A DNA stretch of 38,345 nucleotides, taken from assembly GCA_035253685.1 (NCBI GenBank), contig DATFBR010000053.1, positions 1 to 38,345 on the forward strand. Direction: 5' to 3'. Source of the stretch: Jiangellaceae bacterium. GTDB lineage: Bacteria; Actinomycetota; Actinomycetes; Jiangellales; Jiangellaceae. Below are positions 26,596 through 34,496 of this stretch, piece after piece. Position 1 is the stretch's first letter; every line of letters begins with the position of its first letter. The position numbers were made by a program, and so were the translations under genes. The notes under the pieces were generated by a model. That model was not told the origin of the DNA. It made no database searches and worked only from the letters and a program-made list of their open reading frames with translations.

Positions 26596-27597
26596 TTACA
26601 GCTCGAACCCCTCCGGGAACGGGTCGGTCGGGTCCAGCAGGTACTGCGCAGTGCCGGTGACCCAGGCCCGGCCGGTGACTGTCGGGACCACCGCCGCCCG
26701 TCCTCCCACCGTCGTCTCCTCCGTCAGCTTGCCGACGAAGCGGGTGCCGATGAACGACTCGTTGACGAAGTCCGAGTGCAAGCCCAACTCTGCACGGGCG
26801 TGGAGTTGTGCCATCCGGGCCGACGTGCCCGTCCCGCACGGTGAGCGGTCGAACCAGCCGGGGTGGATGGCCATGGCGTGGCGTGAGTACCGTGCGTCGG
26901 AGCCCGGTGCGACGAACTGGACGTGGTGGCACACGTCGATGGCGGAGTTCTCCGGATGGACCGGGCGGTTCTGGTCGTTGATTGCCGCCATGATCGCCAG
27001 GCCGGCGTCGAGGATGCGCTGCTTTTCCGCCCGGTCGAACGCGATGCCGATCTGGTCGAGGCCGAGGATGGCGTAGAAGTTGCCGCCATAGGCCATGTCG
27101 TACCTGATGCGGCCGTGGCCGGGTACGTCGACGGCGGCGTCGAGCTCGTGGCTGAACGAGGCGACGTTGCGGATCGTGACCGCCTCCGCGGCCCCGTCGC
27201 GGACGGCGACGTCGGCGACGACCAGCCCGGCCGGGGTGTCGAGCCGGACGGTGGTCACCGGCTCGGTGACGGTCACCATGCCGATCTCGACGAGCACGGT
27301 CGCGACGCCCATGGCGCCGTGGCCGCACATGGGCAGGCAGCCGGACACCTCGATGAACAGCACGCCGACGTCGGCATCCGGCCGGGTCGGCGGCTGGAGG
27401 ATGGCGCCGCTCATGGCCGAGTGGCCCCGCGGCTCGTTCATGAGCAGCCGCCGGAGACCGTCGGAGTGCTCGACGAACCATTGGCGGCGTTGGAACATGG
27501 TCTGCCCGGGCAGTGTGGCCACGCCACCGGTGATCACGCGGGTCGGCATCCCCTCGGTGTGGGAGTCGACCGCGTGGAACACGCGGGTCGATCGCAT
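26596..27597 (-). CDS. Proline racemase family protein, probable 4-hydroxyproline 2-epimerase
   Basis: 333 aa. Both catalytic cysteines are present (..LPMCGHG.. and ..DRSPCGTGTSA..). This indicates the Cys/Cys epimerase/racemase type, not the Cys/Thr dehydratase type. Confidence 0.86.
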   Translation of the reverse strand: MRSTRVFHAVDSHTEGMPTRVITGGVATLPGQTMFQRRQWFVEHSDGLRRLLMNEPRGHSAMSGAILQPPTRPDADVGVLFIEVSGCLPMCGHGAMGVATVLVEIGMVTVTEPVTTVRLDTPAGLVVADVAVRDGAAEAVTIRNVASFSHELDAAVDVPGHGRIRYDMAYGGNFYAILGLDQIGIAFDRAEKQRILDAGLAIMAAINDQNRPVHPENSAIDVCHHVQFVAPGSDARYSRHAMAIHPGWFDRSPCGTGTSARMAQLHARAELGLHSDFVNESFIGTRFVGKLTEETTVGGRAAVVPTVTGRAWVTGTAQYLLDPTDPFPEGFEL

Positions 27598-27609
27598 CGT
27601 TGGTCGCTT

Positions 27610-28518
27610 TCAGGCGTTGCCGGCCGCGAGCAGCTTCTCGGTCATCCTGCGCACCGTCATCTCTTGTTCGGGAAGCAGGGGCTGCCGCGGCGGACGGCAC
27701 GGACCACCGTACCGGCCGGCGACGTCCATCGAGAGCTTGACCGCCTGGACGAACTCGGTGCGGCTGTCCCACCGCAGCAACGCGTGCAGCTCACGGTAGA
27801 GGGGAAGCGCGGTGTCGAGATCGCGGGACATGGTCGCGTCGTAGAGCTCGACGCAGGCACGCGGAAGTGCGTTGGCAAAGCCGGCCACCCACCCCTTGGC
27901 ACCGACCAGTCCGACCTCCACGACCGAGTCGTCCGTGCCGATGAGGACGTCGAGGTCCGGAACGAACTCGGCGAGTTCGTAGCTGCGCCGCGCGTCCCCG
28001 GTGAAGTCCTTCACCGCGACGATCAGACCCTCCTGGAACAGCTCCGCCAGTAGCTCCGGGCGTAGATCGACCTTCGTGTCCACCGGGTTGTTGTACGCCG
28101 ACACCGGGAGCCCCGCCTTGGCGATCTCGCGATAGTGGTCGATCACGCTGCGGTCGTCGGCACGGTAGGCGTTGGGTGGCAGCGCCATGACGACGTGTGC
28201 GCCCGCCTCGGCAGCCTGGTCCGCCCACGCCCGGGCCGCGCGTGACCCGTAGGCCCCGATCCCGGGCATGACGATGAACCCCGGCGGCGCCGCGTCGATC
28301 GCCGTGCTGACGACCGCCGCGCGTTCCTCGTCGCTCAACACCTGGTACTCGCCCAGTGATCCGTTCGGACACACGCCGCGGCAGCCGTTCCCGGCGAGCC
28401 ACTGCACGTGTTCTGCATAACGGTCGAGATCGACCTTGAGGTCGGCTCGGAATGGCAGCGCCGTGGCTACGAGTACGCCATGCCATGGACGGTCGAGATC
28501 GGCCATCAGATGCCCCAT
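27610..28518 (-). CDS. DapA/dihydrodipicolinate-synthase family protein, probable 1-pyrroline-4-hydroxy-2-carboxylate deaminase
   Basis: WHGVLVATALPF..., GSLGEY and the Schiff-base Lys context VAVKDFTGD match the family. The start is ambiguous: TTG 28527, ATG 28518 (7 nt after a TACATT -10-like hexamer, so possibly leaderless) or ATG 28506. Confidence 0.86.
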   Translation of the reverse strand: MGHLMADLDRPWHGVLVATALPFRADLKVDLDRYAEHVQWLAGNGCRGVCPNGSLGEYQVLSDEERAAVVSTAIDAAPPGFIVMPGIGAYGSRAARAWADQAAEAGAHVVMALPPNAYRADDRSVIDHYREIAKAGLPVSAYNNPVDTKVDLRPELLAELFQEGLIVAVKDFTGDARRSYELAEFVPDLDVLIGTDDSVVEVGLVGAKGWVAGFANALPRACVELYDATMSRDLDTALPLYRELHALLRWDSRTEFVQAVKLSMDVAGRYGGPCRPPRQPLLPEQEMTVRRMTEKLLAAGNA

Positions 28519-28543
28519 TCTGTGCAATGTAATATTGCACAGA
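28519..28543. promoter_or_regulatory. Perfect 10-5-10 inverted repeat TCTGTGCAAT-GTAAT-ATTGCACAGA (candidate operator overlapping the promoter of the deaminase-epimerase-gntR operon)
   Basis: Read directly from the sequence: 28519-28528 is the reverse complement of 28534-28543. The element is 64% A+T in a high-GC genome. It abuts or overlaps the candidate start codons and -10-like hexamers (TACATT / TGCAAT on the minus strand). Confidence 0.5.
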
Positions 28544-28769
28544 AAGGCGACGTCAGTTCAAGAGAATGGAAACGGTTCTCCTGCACATCCGGGACACGGG
28601 CGACTCGGCGGCACGGTTCACGGCGTCGCCCCCTGGGCATGCCTGGCGTGACCGACGTCCGACCTTTCAGGGTGGCGGGCGCATCGACCTGTCCGAATGC
28701 TGCAGCCTGGCCTGACAACTGCTGGTGCTCTCACTTGTCAGGATGACGGCGTGCTGCGCTGCAGCCTCG

Positions 28770-28791
28770 GACCTGTCCGGCCTGACAGGTC
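28770..28791 (-). terminator. Hairpin 13 nt downstream of the dehydrogenase alpha-subunit stop
   Basis: GACCTGTC-CGGCCT-GACAGGTC: 8-bp perfect stem with a 6-nt loop. No U-tract. Confidence 0.35.
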
Positions 28792-28803
28792 TGGGGCAGG
28801 ACG

Positions 28804-30192
28804 TCAGCCGTTGTCGCTGTCGGCGAGCGCGCCGAGAGTGATCGGGGCTGCGACGGGCCGCTCGGCCAGGGAACGCGGGTCGGCGCGGCGTCCGGTCGCT
28901 GCGCTGGTCAGGCAGCCGGTGGCATAGGCACACATCCGTCCCTGGCACCAGCCCATGCCGGCTCGGCTGAACAGCTTGACCGTGCGTGCGTCGGTGGCAC
29001 CGAGGTGGTCGACCGCAGTCCTGATCTCTGCGACAGTCACCTCCTCGCACCGGCAGACAGGCGTGGACTGGTCGAGCCAGGTCAGCCAACCGTCCGGCAC
29101 CGCGTACACACGGTGCATGGCGGCCGCGAACGCCCGCTGGGCGCGTCGTCGGCGGCGCAAGCCGTCCGGCCAGTCGACCGGGCGTCCGAGCCACGCCGCC
29201 GCTGCCCGCCCGCTGATCTCGCCCTCGGTGACGGCGAGGGCCGCGCCGCCGACGCCGCACACCTCGCCGGCCAGGAACACGCCCGAGACGGTGCTGGCCT
29301 GCCGCTCGTCCACCACGGCGACGAGCGAACCGTCGAGGTCGATGCGCGTCGCGCAGCCGAGTCCCAGCGGCAGCTCCATCTGGGGGACGAAGCCCCAGCC
29401 CACCGCCACGGCGTCGCAGGCGACCGTACGAGCGCTTCTCGGAGCGACGCGCCAGGCGGGATCCAGCCTGGCGACCGTCACTGCGCCGACCCTGTCCTCG
29501 CCGTGCGCGGCGACGATGGCGTGGCGGGTGTGCATGCCGATCCGGTGCCGGGCCAGCGCGGCGCCGTATTCCGTGGCCTCGACCATCTTGCCGGGGGACC
29601 GCAGCATTGCCGGGACGTGGCGCAGCCAGCCGAGCGGGCGGTTGGCCTCGACAACGCCGACGACGTCGACACCCCGCTTCGCCAGGCCCGCGGCGACGGA
29701 GAGCAGGAACGGGCCGGTACCTCCGACCGCGACCCTGTCGCCGACTCTGACCCGGTGAGCCTTGAGCAATGCCTGGGCACCACCGGCGGTGAAGACGCCG
29801 GGCAGGTCCCAGCCGGGGAACGGCAGCTGCCGGTCATAGGCACCCGTCGCCAGGACGAGGGCGGAACCCGTCACGACGACATCACTGCCGGCCCGGACCG
29901 CGTGGACGTCGAATGCGTCGGCGCGGCGGGTGACGGTCCACACGTGGTGCTCGGGCCGGTGGTCCACCCTCGTTCGCACCGCCGCCGCGAGCCTCCGAAA
30001 CGTCGTCAGGTCGTGCTGGAGGTCGGCCACGGCGTCGGGGCGGCCGGGTGGATGACGCCAGTACTGGCCGCCCGGTTCCGTCGCGGTGTCGAGCACGACC
30101 ACGCTGCAGCCGACCCTGGCCGCGGTCGCAGCCGCGGCCATCCCGGCAGGACCGGCGCCGACGACGACGACGTCATACCGTGAGATCGCCAC
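28804..30192 (-). CDS. FAD/NAD(P)-binding oxidoreductase with C-terminal BFD-like [2Fe-2S] domain (HcnB/OoxA/LhpE-like; probable D-hydroxyproline dehydrogenase alpha subunit)
   Basis: 462 aa. YDVVVVGAGPAGMAAA is the Rossmann motif, with a second dinucleotide motif VAVGGTGPF. The C-terminus is CRCEEVT...WCQGRMC. GTG 30192 follows AGGAAGGAA and overlaps the upstream gene by 20 nt. Confidence 0.84.
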   Translation of the reverse strand: MAISRYDVVVVGAGPAGMAAAATAARVGCSVVVLDTATEPGGQYWRHPPGRPDAVADLQHDLTTFRRLAAAVRTRVDHRPEHHVWTVTRRADAFDVHAVRAGSDVVVTGSALVLATGAYDRQLPFPGWDLPGVFTAGGAQALLKAHRVRVGDRVAVGGTGPFLLSVAAGLAKRGVDVVGVVEANRPLGWLRHVPAMLRSPGKMVEATEYGAALARHRIGMHTRHAIVAAHGEDRVGAVTVARLDPAWRVAPRSARTVACDAVAVGWGFVPQMELPLGLGCATRIDLDGSLVAVVDERQASTVSGVFLAGEVCGVGGAALAVTEGEISGRAAAAWLGRPVDWPDGLRRRRRAQRAFAAAMHRVYAVPDGWLTWLDQSTPVCRCEEVTVAEIRTAVDHLGATDARTVKLFSRAGMGWCQGRMCAYATGCLTSAATGRRADPRSLAERPVAAPITLGALADSDNG

Positions 30193-30445
30193 GGCCGGTT
30201 CCTTCCTGGCTGCTGACGCGCAGCCCAGCGCGTGCGGGCACGAGGCAGGCGCGCTGGTTCGGGCGGTCCTCCACCGTCACGAGACAGTCGAAGCACACGC
30301 CGATGCCGCAGAACAGGCCTCGAGGCCGGGCGCCGCGACGGGTCGTGCGCCAGGACGTCACGCCGGCCGCAAGGAGTGCGGCGCCGACGCTCTGGCCGCC
30401 CGCGAACGGCACGGCGCGTCCGTCGAAGTCGAAGCGGTCACTCAT
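30173..30445 (-). CDS. Small (2Fe-2S)-binding protein (HcnA/LhpF-like; probable gamma subunit)
   Basis: 90 aa, MSDRFDFDGRAVPFAGGQSVGAALLAAG...GLFCGIGVCFDCLV. It is the C-terminal part of ORF-track entry 30173..30820. Its ATG 30445 overlaps the upstream TGA (ATGA). Confidence 0.84.
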   Translation of the reverse strand: MSDRFDFDGRAVPFAGGQSVGAALLAAGVTSWRTTRRGARPRGLFCGIGVCFDCLVTVEDRPNQRACLVPARAGLRVSSQEGTGRGDLTV

Positions 30446-31599
30446 CCGAAGCGCTCCGGCCGGAACGGACCGAGGTCGAGGTCGGGCCGGGCGCCGACGA
30501 GGACCTGGGCGAGCAGGTGGCCGGTGACGGCGGCCAGGCCGACCCCGGCCCCCTCGTGGCCGCACGCGTGGAGCAGGCCGGGCGCGCGCGGATCGGGCCC
30601 GACGATCGGCAGATGATCGGGGCAGTAGGGACGGAAGCCGCGGTACGCGCGGATGACGGCGACGCCGGCGAGGACCGGGAACAACCGGATCGCCTGCGCC
30701 GCCAGCGTGCGCAGCACCGGAACGGAGAACGTGCGGTCGTAGCCCACCCGCTCCCGGCTGGAGCCGATGAGCACCGGACCGGCGGCCGTGCCCTCGACCA
30801 CCGGCGAGGTCTGCAGGCACCCGTCGTCGCTGGCCACGTTCGAGACGTACTCCGCCGCGTAGACCTTGTGCCGTATGACCCGGGGAAGCGGCTCGGTGAC
30901 CAGGATGAACCCGCGGCGGGGGAGCACAGGCAGATCCACGTCGGCGAGCGCCGCAACCGCGCCCCCCCAGGTGCCGGCGGCGTTGATGACGGCCGCGGCG
31001 GGATGGCGGCGCGCCGGCGTGCCGACGCCGACGACCCGCTCGCGGTCACGGAGCAGTGCGATCACCCCGCGGCCGAGGTGCACCTGTGCGCCGTGCGCAC
31101 GGGCGTCGGCGAGCAGCCGTGCGGCGGCCAGCATCGGCTGCACCTGCGCGTCCTCGGGGTAGTAGACGCCACCGCGGAGGTCGGGCGCGAGATGCGGCTC
31201 GTAGTCGGGCAGGGCCGACGCGGGCACCGAGACTGCCTGGACGCCCGCCGACCGATGACGGGCACCGGTCCGGTGCAGGTCGACCAGCGCCGGTTCGGAA
31301 CCGGCCACCACGACGCCGCCCTTGCGCTCGTACTCGAAGCCGCCGACCTCGTCGGCGATCTGCCGCCACAGCACGGCCGATGCGCGGGCCAGGTCGAGCT
31401 CAGGCCCAGGCATCTTGTCGGAGACGAGCAGGTTGCCCTCACCGGCTCCGGTGGTGCCGCCGGCCACCGGACCCCGATCGACGACCGTCACCCGTAGGCC
31501 CGCTCTCGCTGCGTGGTACGCGCACGACGCTCCGACGACACCGGCACCGATCACCACGACATCCGCCGCGGGCGAGGTCGGGACGGGCACGAACGGCAA
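30442..31599 (-). CDS. DAO-family FAD-dependent oxidoreductase (HcnC/LhpB-like; probable D-hydroxyproline dehydrogenase beta subunit)
   Basis: DVVVIGAGVVGASCAYHAARAG is the FAD motif and HACGHEGAGVGLA lies near the C-terminus. Start is TTG 31599 (GGTGGG 9 nt upstream) or GTG 31590. The ORF-track start at 31692 adds an implausible leader. Confidence 0.84.
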   Translation of the reverse strand: MPFVPVPTSPAADVVVIGAGVVGASCAYHAARAGLRVTVVDRGPVAGGTTGAGEGNLLVSDKMPGPELDLARASAVLWRQIADEVGGFEYERKGGVVVAGSEPALVDLHRTGARHRSAGVQAVSVPASALPDYEPHLAPDLRGGVYYPEDAQVQPMLAAARLLADARAHGAQVHLGRGVIALLRDRERVVGVGTPARRHPAAAVINAAGTWGGAVAALADVDLPVLPRRGFILVTEPLPRVIRHKVYAAEYVSNVASDDGCLQTSPVVEGTAAGPVLIGSSRERVGYDRTFSVPVLRTLAAQAIRLFPVLAGVAVIRAYRGFRPYCPDHLPIVGPDPRAPGLLHACGHEGAGVGLAAVTGHLLAQVLVGARPDLDLGPFRPERFG

Positions 31600-31767
31600 T
31601 ATGTCACGCCCACCGTGCGGGTACCGACAACCGCCGAAGGTCCGGGGAACCCAGGCCGTCAACTGTCGAGTTGGAACACGCGGCGAACCCAACTGTTGCC
31701 AAATCGGGACATGCCCATGATGTTGGAGTGACCCGATCGTCCGTCTGGCCGATTAGTGTCGCAGCAC

Positions 31768-31790
31768 CCGGCCGGGGTGCGCCCGGCCGG
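31768..31790 (+). promoter_or_regulatory. All-GC hairpin in the 5' region of the peptide ABC operon
   Basis: CCGGCCGGG-GTGCG-CCCGGCCGG: 9-bp stem with a 5-nt loop, ending 21 nt before ATG 31812. Each arm is also self-complementary, so the structural assignment is weak. Confidence 0.25.
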
Positions 31791-31811
31791 CACTCGACTG
31801 TGAGGTGGGAG

Positions 31812-33479
31812 ATGCGAACCACGAGCCTGTCCCGCAGGTTCGCCGTGATCTCGTCCGCCGTCGTCGCGAGCCTCGTGCTCGCGGCGTGCGGTGGCGACGA
31901 CGACGGTGACGACGACGGTGATGGCGCCGAGGGCACGGCGGGCGGCTCGCTCGTCTTCGGTGCCTCCGCGGACCCGATCATCCTGGACGGCGCGCTGTTC
32001 AGCGACGGTGAGTCGGCGCGGCCGACGTACCAGATCTTCGAGGGCCTGGTCGGCACGGAGGAGGGCGGCACCGAGATCGTGCCGGTCCTGGCCGAGTCGT
32101 GGGAGGCGAGCGAGGACGGCCTGGAGTGGACGTTCCAGCTCCGTGAGGGCGTGACGTTCCACGACGGGACCGACTTCAACGCCGAGGCCGTCTGCTTCAA
32201 CTTCGACCGGTGGTACAACTTCGAGGGCGTCATGCAGAGCCCCGCGGTGTCCTATTACTGGAACACCGTGTTCGGGGGCTTCTCCGACGGCGCGACCCCG
32301 AGCCTGTACGCCGGCTGCGAGGCCACCGACGAGTCCACTGTCGTCATCTCGCTGACCCGGCCGTCGACGGCCTTCCTCTCGGCCCTGCAGATGCCCTCGT
32401 TCCGGATCGCCAGCCCCACGGCGCTGGAGGAGGGCAACGCCGACGCCGTGAGCGGCACCGAGGAGTCGCCGTCGTTCGAGGGCACCTTCGGTTACGAGAA
32501 CCCGGTCGGAACCGGGCCGTTCCAGTTCGAGTCGTGGGAGCGCGGCAGCAACCTCACCCTGGTCCGTTACGACGACTACTGGGGCGAGCCGGCCCAGCTG
32601 GACGAGCTGATCTTCACCGTCATTCCGGATGGCCCGGCCCGCCGGCAGGCGCTCGAAGCCGGCGACATCGACGGCTACGACCTGGTCGACCCGGCCGACG
32701 CCGATGCGCTCGAGACCGCGGGCTTCCAGCTCATGCGCCGGCCCGCGTTCAACGTCGGCTACGTCGGGTTCCAGCAGAGCTACCCGCCGTTCGACAACAT
32801 CAACATCCGCAAGGCGATCGCACACGCGATCAACAAGGAGAACCTGATCCAGACCAACTACCCGGAGGGCACCGAGATCGCGACCCAGTTCATGCCCCCG
32901 GAGCTGTTCGGCTGGGCCGACGACGTCACGGTCTACGACTACGACCCGGAGGAGGCCCAGCGGCTGATCGCCGAGTCGGGGGTGACCGATCTGACGCTGC
33001 AGTTCTGGTACCCGACCGACGTGTCCCGGCCGTACATGCCGAACCCGCAGGCCAACTGGGAGCTGATCTCTGCCGACCTCGAGGCGGTTGGATTCACCAT
33101 CGAGCCGATGACCGCGCCGTGGAACCCGGACTACCTCGACGCCACGTCCACCGGCGGTACACCCATGTACCTGCTCGGCTGGACCGGCGACTTCGGTGAC
33201 CCCGACAACTTCATCGGGACCTTCTTCCAGACGGTCAACCCGCAGTTCGGCAGCTTCGAGAACCCGGAGATCTTCGCCAAGCTCGACGAGGCCGAGGCGG
33301 AGACCGACCCGGACCGGCGGACCGAGCTCTACGAGGAGGCCAACCGGCTGATCGCCGACTTCGTGCCGGGCGTGCCGTACGTGCACAACCAGCCGGCCGT
33401 CGCGTTCGCCGAGGGCATCTCCGGGTACGTGCCCGGGCCGCTGAACAACGAGAGCTTCGCCGCCGTCACGGTGGAGTAA
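31812..33479 (+). CDS. ABC transporter substrate-binding lipoprotein, family 5 (peptide/nickel, DppA/OppA-like)
   Basis: ATG 31812 follows GAGGTGGGAG. MRTTSLSRRFAVISSAVVASLVLAACGG carries a lipobox, followed by an acidic DDDGDDDGDG linker. Family-5-like core (..VTFHDGT.FNAEAV..FN..R....). The 807-aa ORF-track entry is an antisense-derived 5' extension. Confidence 0.9.
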   Translation: MRTTSLSRRFAVISSAVVASLVLAACGGDDDGDDDGDGAEGTAGGSLVFGASADPIILDGALFSDGESARPTYQIFEGLVGTEEGGTEIVPVLAESWEASEDGLEWTFQLREGVTFHDGTDFNAEAVCFNFDRWYNFEGVMQSPAVSYYWNTVFGGFSDGATPSLYAGCEATDESTVVISLTRPSTAFLSALQMPSFRIASPTALEEGNADAVSGTEESPSFEGTFGYENPVGTGPFQFESWERGSNLTLVRYDDYWGEPAQLDELIFTVIPDGPARRQALEAGDIDGYDLVDPADADALETAGFQLMRRPAFNVGYVGFQQSYPPFDNINIRKAIAHAINKENLIQTNYPEGTEIATQFMPPELFGWADDVTVYDYDPEEAQRLIAESGVTDLTLQFWYPTDVSRPYMPNPQANWELISADLEAVGFTIEPMTAPWNPDYLDATSTGGTPMYLLGWTGDFGDPDNFIGTFFQTVNPQFGSFENPEIFAKLDEAEAETDPDRRTELYEEANRLIADFVPGVPYVHNQPAVAFAEGISGYVPGPLNNESFAAVTVE

Positions 33480-33491
33480 TCGGGTAGCCCG

Positions 33492-34496
33492 ATGCTGCGA
33501 TTCGTCGCCCGGCGATTGTTGGTGCTCGGCCCGATCCTGCTCGGGCTGTCGCTCCTGCTGTTCGTCTGGCTGCGCGCTCTCCCAGGCGGGCCGGCCGCGG
33601 CCCTCCTGGGAGAGCGGGCGACGCCGGAGGCGGTCGCCCGCATCGAGGAGCTGTACGGGCTGAACCAGCCGTGGTACGTGCAGTACTGGAAGTTCCTGAG
33701 GAACGCGGTCATGCTCGACTTCGGCAACAGCTCCCGCACCAACCGCCCGGTCGTCGAGGAGATGCTGCGCACCTTCCCCGCCACGATCGAGCTGGGGATG
33801 GCGGCGCTGATCTTCGCGATCGGCGTCGGCATCCCGCTGGGGTACTTCGCCGCCCGGCGGTACGGCCGGTGGCTGGACAACCTGTCGGTGTCGGGCTCGC
33901 TGATCGGCGTCGCCGTCCCCGTGTTCTTCCTGGCCTACATCCTGAAGTACGTGTTTGCCGTCCGGCTCGGCTGGCTGCCGACCGGTGGCCGTCAGGACCC
34001 GCGCATGGACGCGGAGCACCCCACCGAGTTCTACGTACTGGACGGGATCATCACCGGTAACCTGGAGGCGAGCCTGGATGCGATCGTCCACCTGATCCTG
34101 CCGGCGATCGCGCTCGCATCCATCCCGCTGGCGATCATCGTGCGCATCACCCGGGCCAGCGTGCTCGACGTGGTGCACGAGGACTACGTGCGGACGGCCG
34201 AGGCCAAGGGTCTGTACGAGCGGACGATCACGCGCCGGCACGTCCTGCGCAACGCGCTGCTGCCTGTCGTCACCGTGATCGGCTTGCAGGCCGGACTCCT
34301 GCTCTCGGGCGCAATCCTCACCGAGACCGTGTTCGCTTGGGGGGGCGTGGGCTCTTTCGTCGCCGAGGCGATCAGCAACCGCGACTACGCCGTGCTGCAG
34401 GGCTTCATCCTGATGATCGCGTTCCTCTACGTGCTGGTGAACCTGACGGTGGACGTGTCGTACGGGCTGATCGACCCGAGGGTGAGGGTGCAGTGA
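33492..34496 (+). CDS. ABC transporter permease (DppB/OppB-like)
   Basis: 334 aa, multi-TM. MLRFVARRLL N-terminus and the EAA-like region ..DYVRTAEAKGL.. are present. Confidence 0.92.
   Translation: MLRFVARRLLVLGPILLGLSLLLFVWLRALPGGPAAALLGERATPEAVARIEELYGLNQPWYVQYWKFLRNAVMLDFGNSSRTNRPVVEEMLRTFPATIELGMAALIFAIGVGIPLGYFAARRYGRWLDNLSVSGSLIGVAVPVFFLAYILKYVFAVRLGWLPTGGRQDPRMDAEHPTEFYVLDGIITGNLEASLDAIVHLILPAIALASIPLAIIVRITRASVLDVVHEDYVRTAEAKGLYERTITRRHVLRNALLPVVTVIGLQAGLLLSGAILTETVFAWGGVGSFVAEAISNRDYAVLQGFILMIAFLYVLVNLTVDVSYGLIDPRVRVQ

Noticed and set aside
26363-28540. Long alternative-frame minus-strand ORFs (26363..27772, 27791..28540) and similar long shadow ORFs elsewhere (for example 11771..13396, 18617..20347, 31659..34241)
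   Set aside because: They overlap genes with clear family signatures, in other frames or on the other strand. They show Arg/Pro/Gly-dominated composition and no motifs.
31056-31811. 5' extension of the SBP ORF (807 aa in the ORF track)
   Set aside because: The extension is R/P/A-rich junk antisense to the dehydrogenase beta subunit. A clean RBS, ATG, signal peptide and lipobox begin at 31812.
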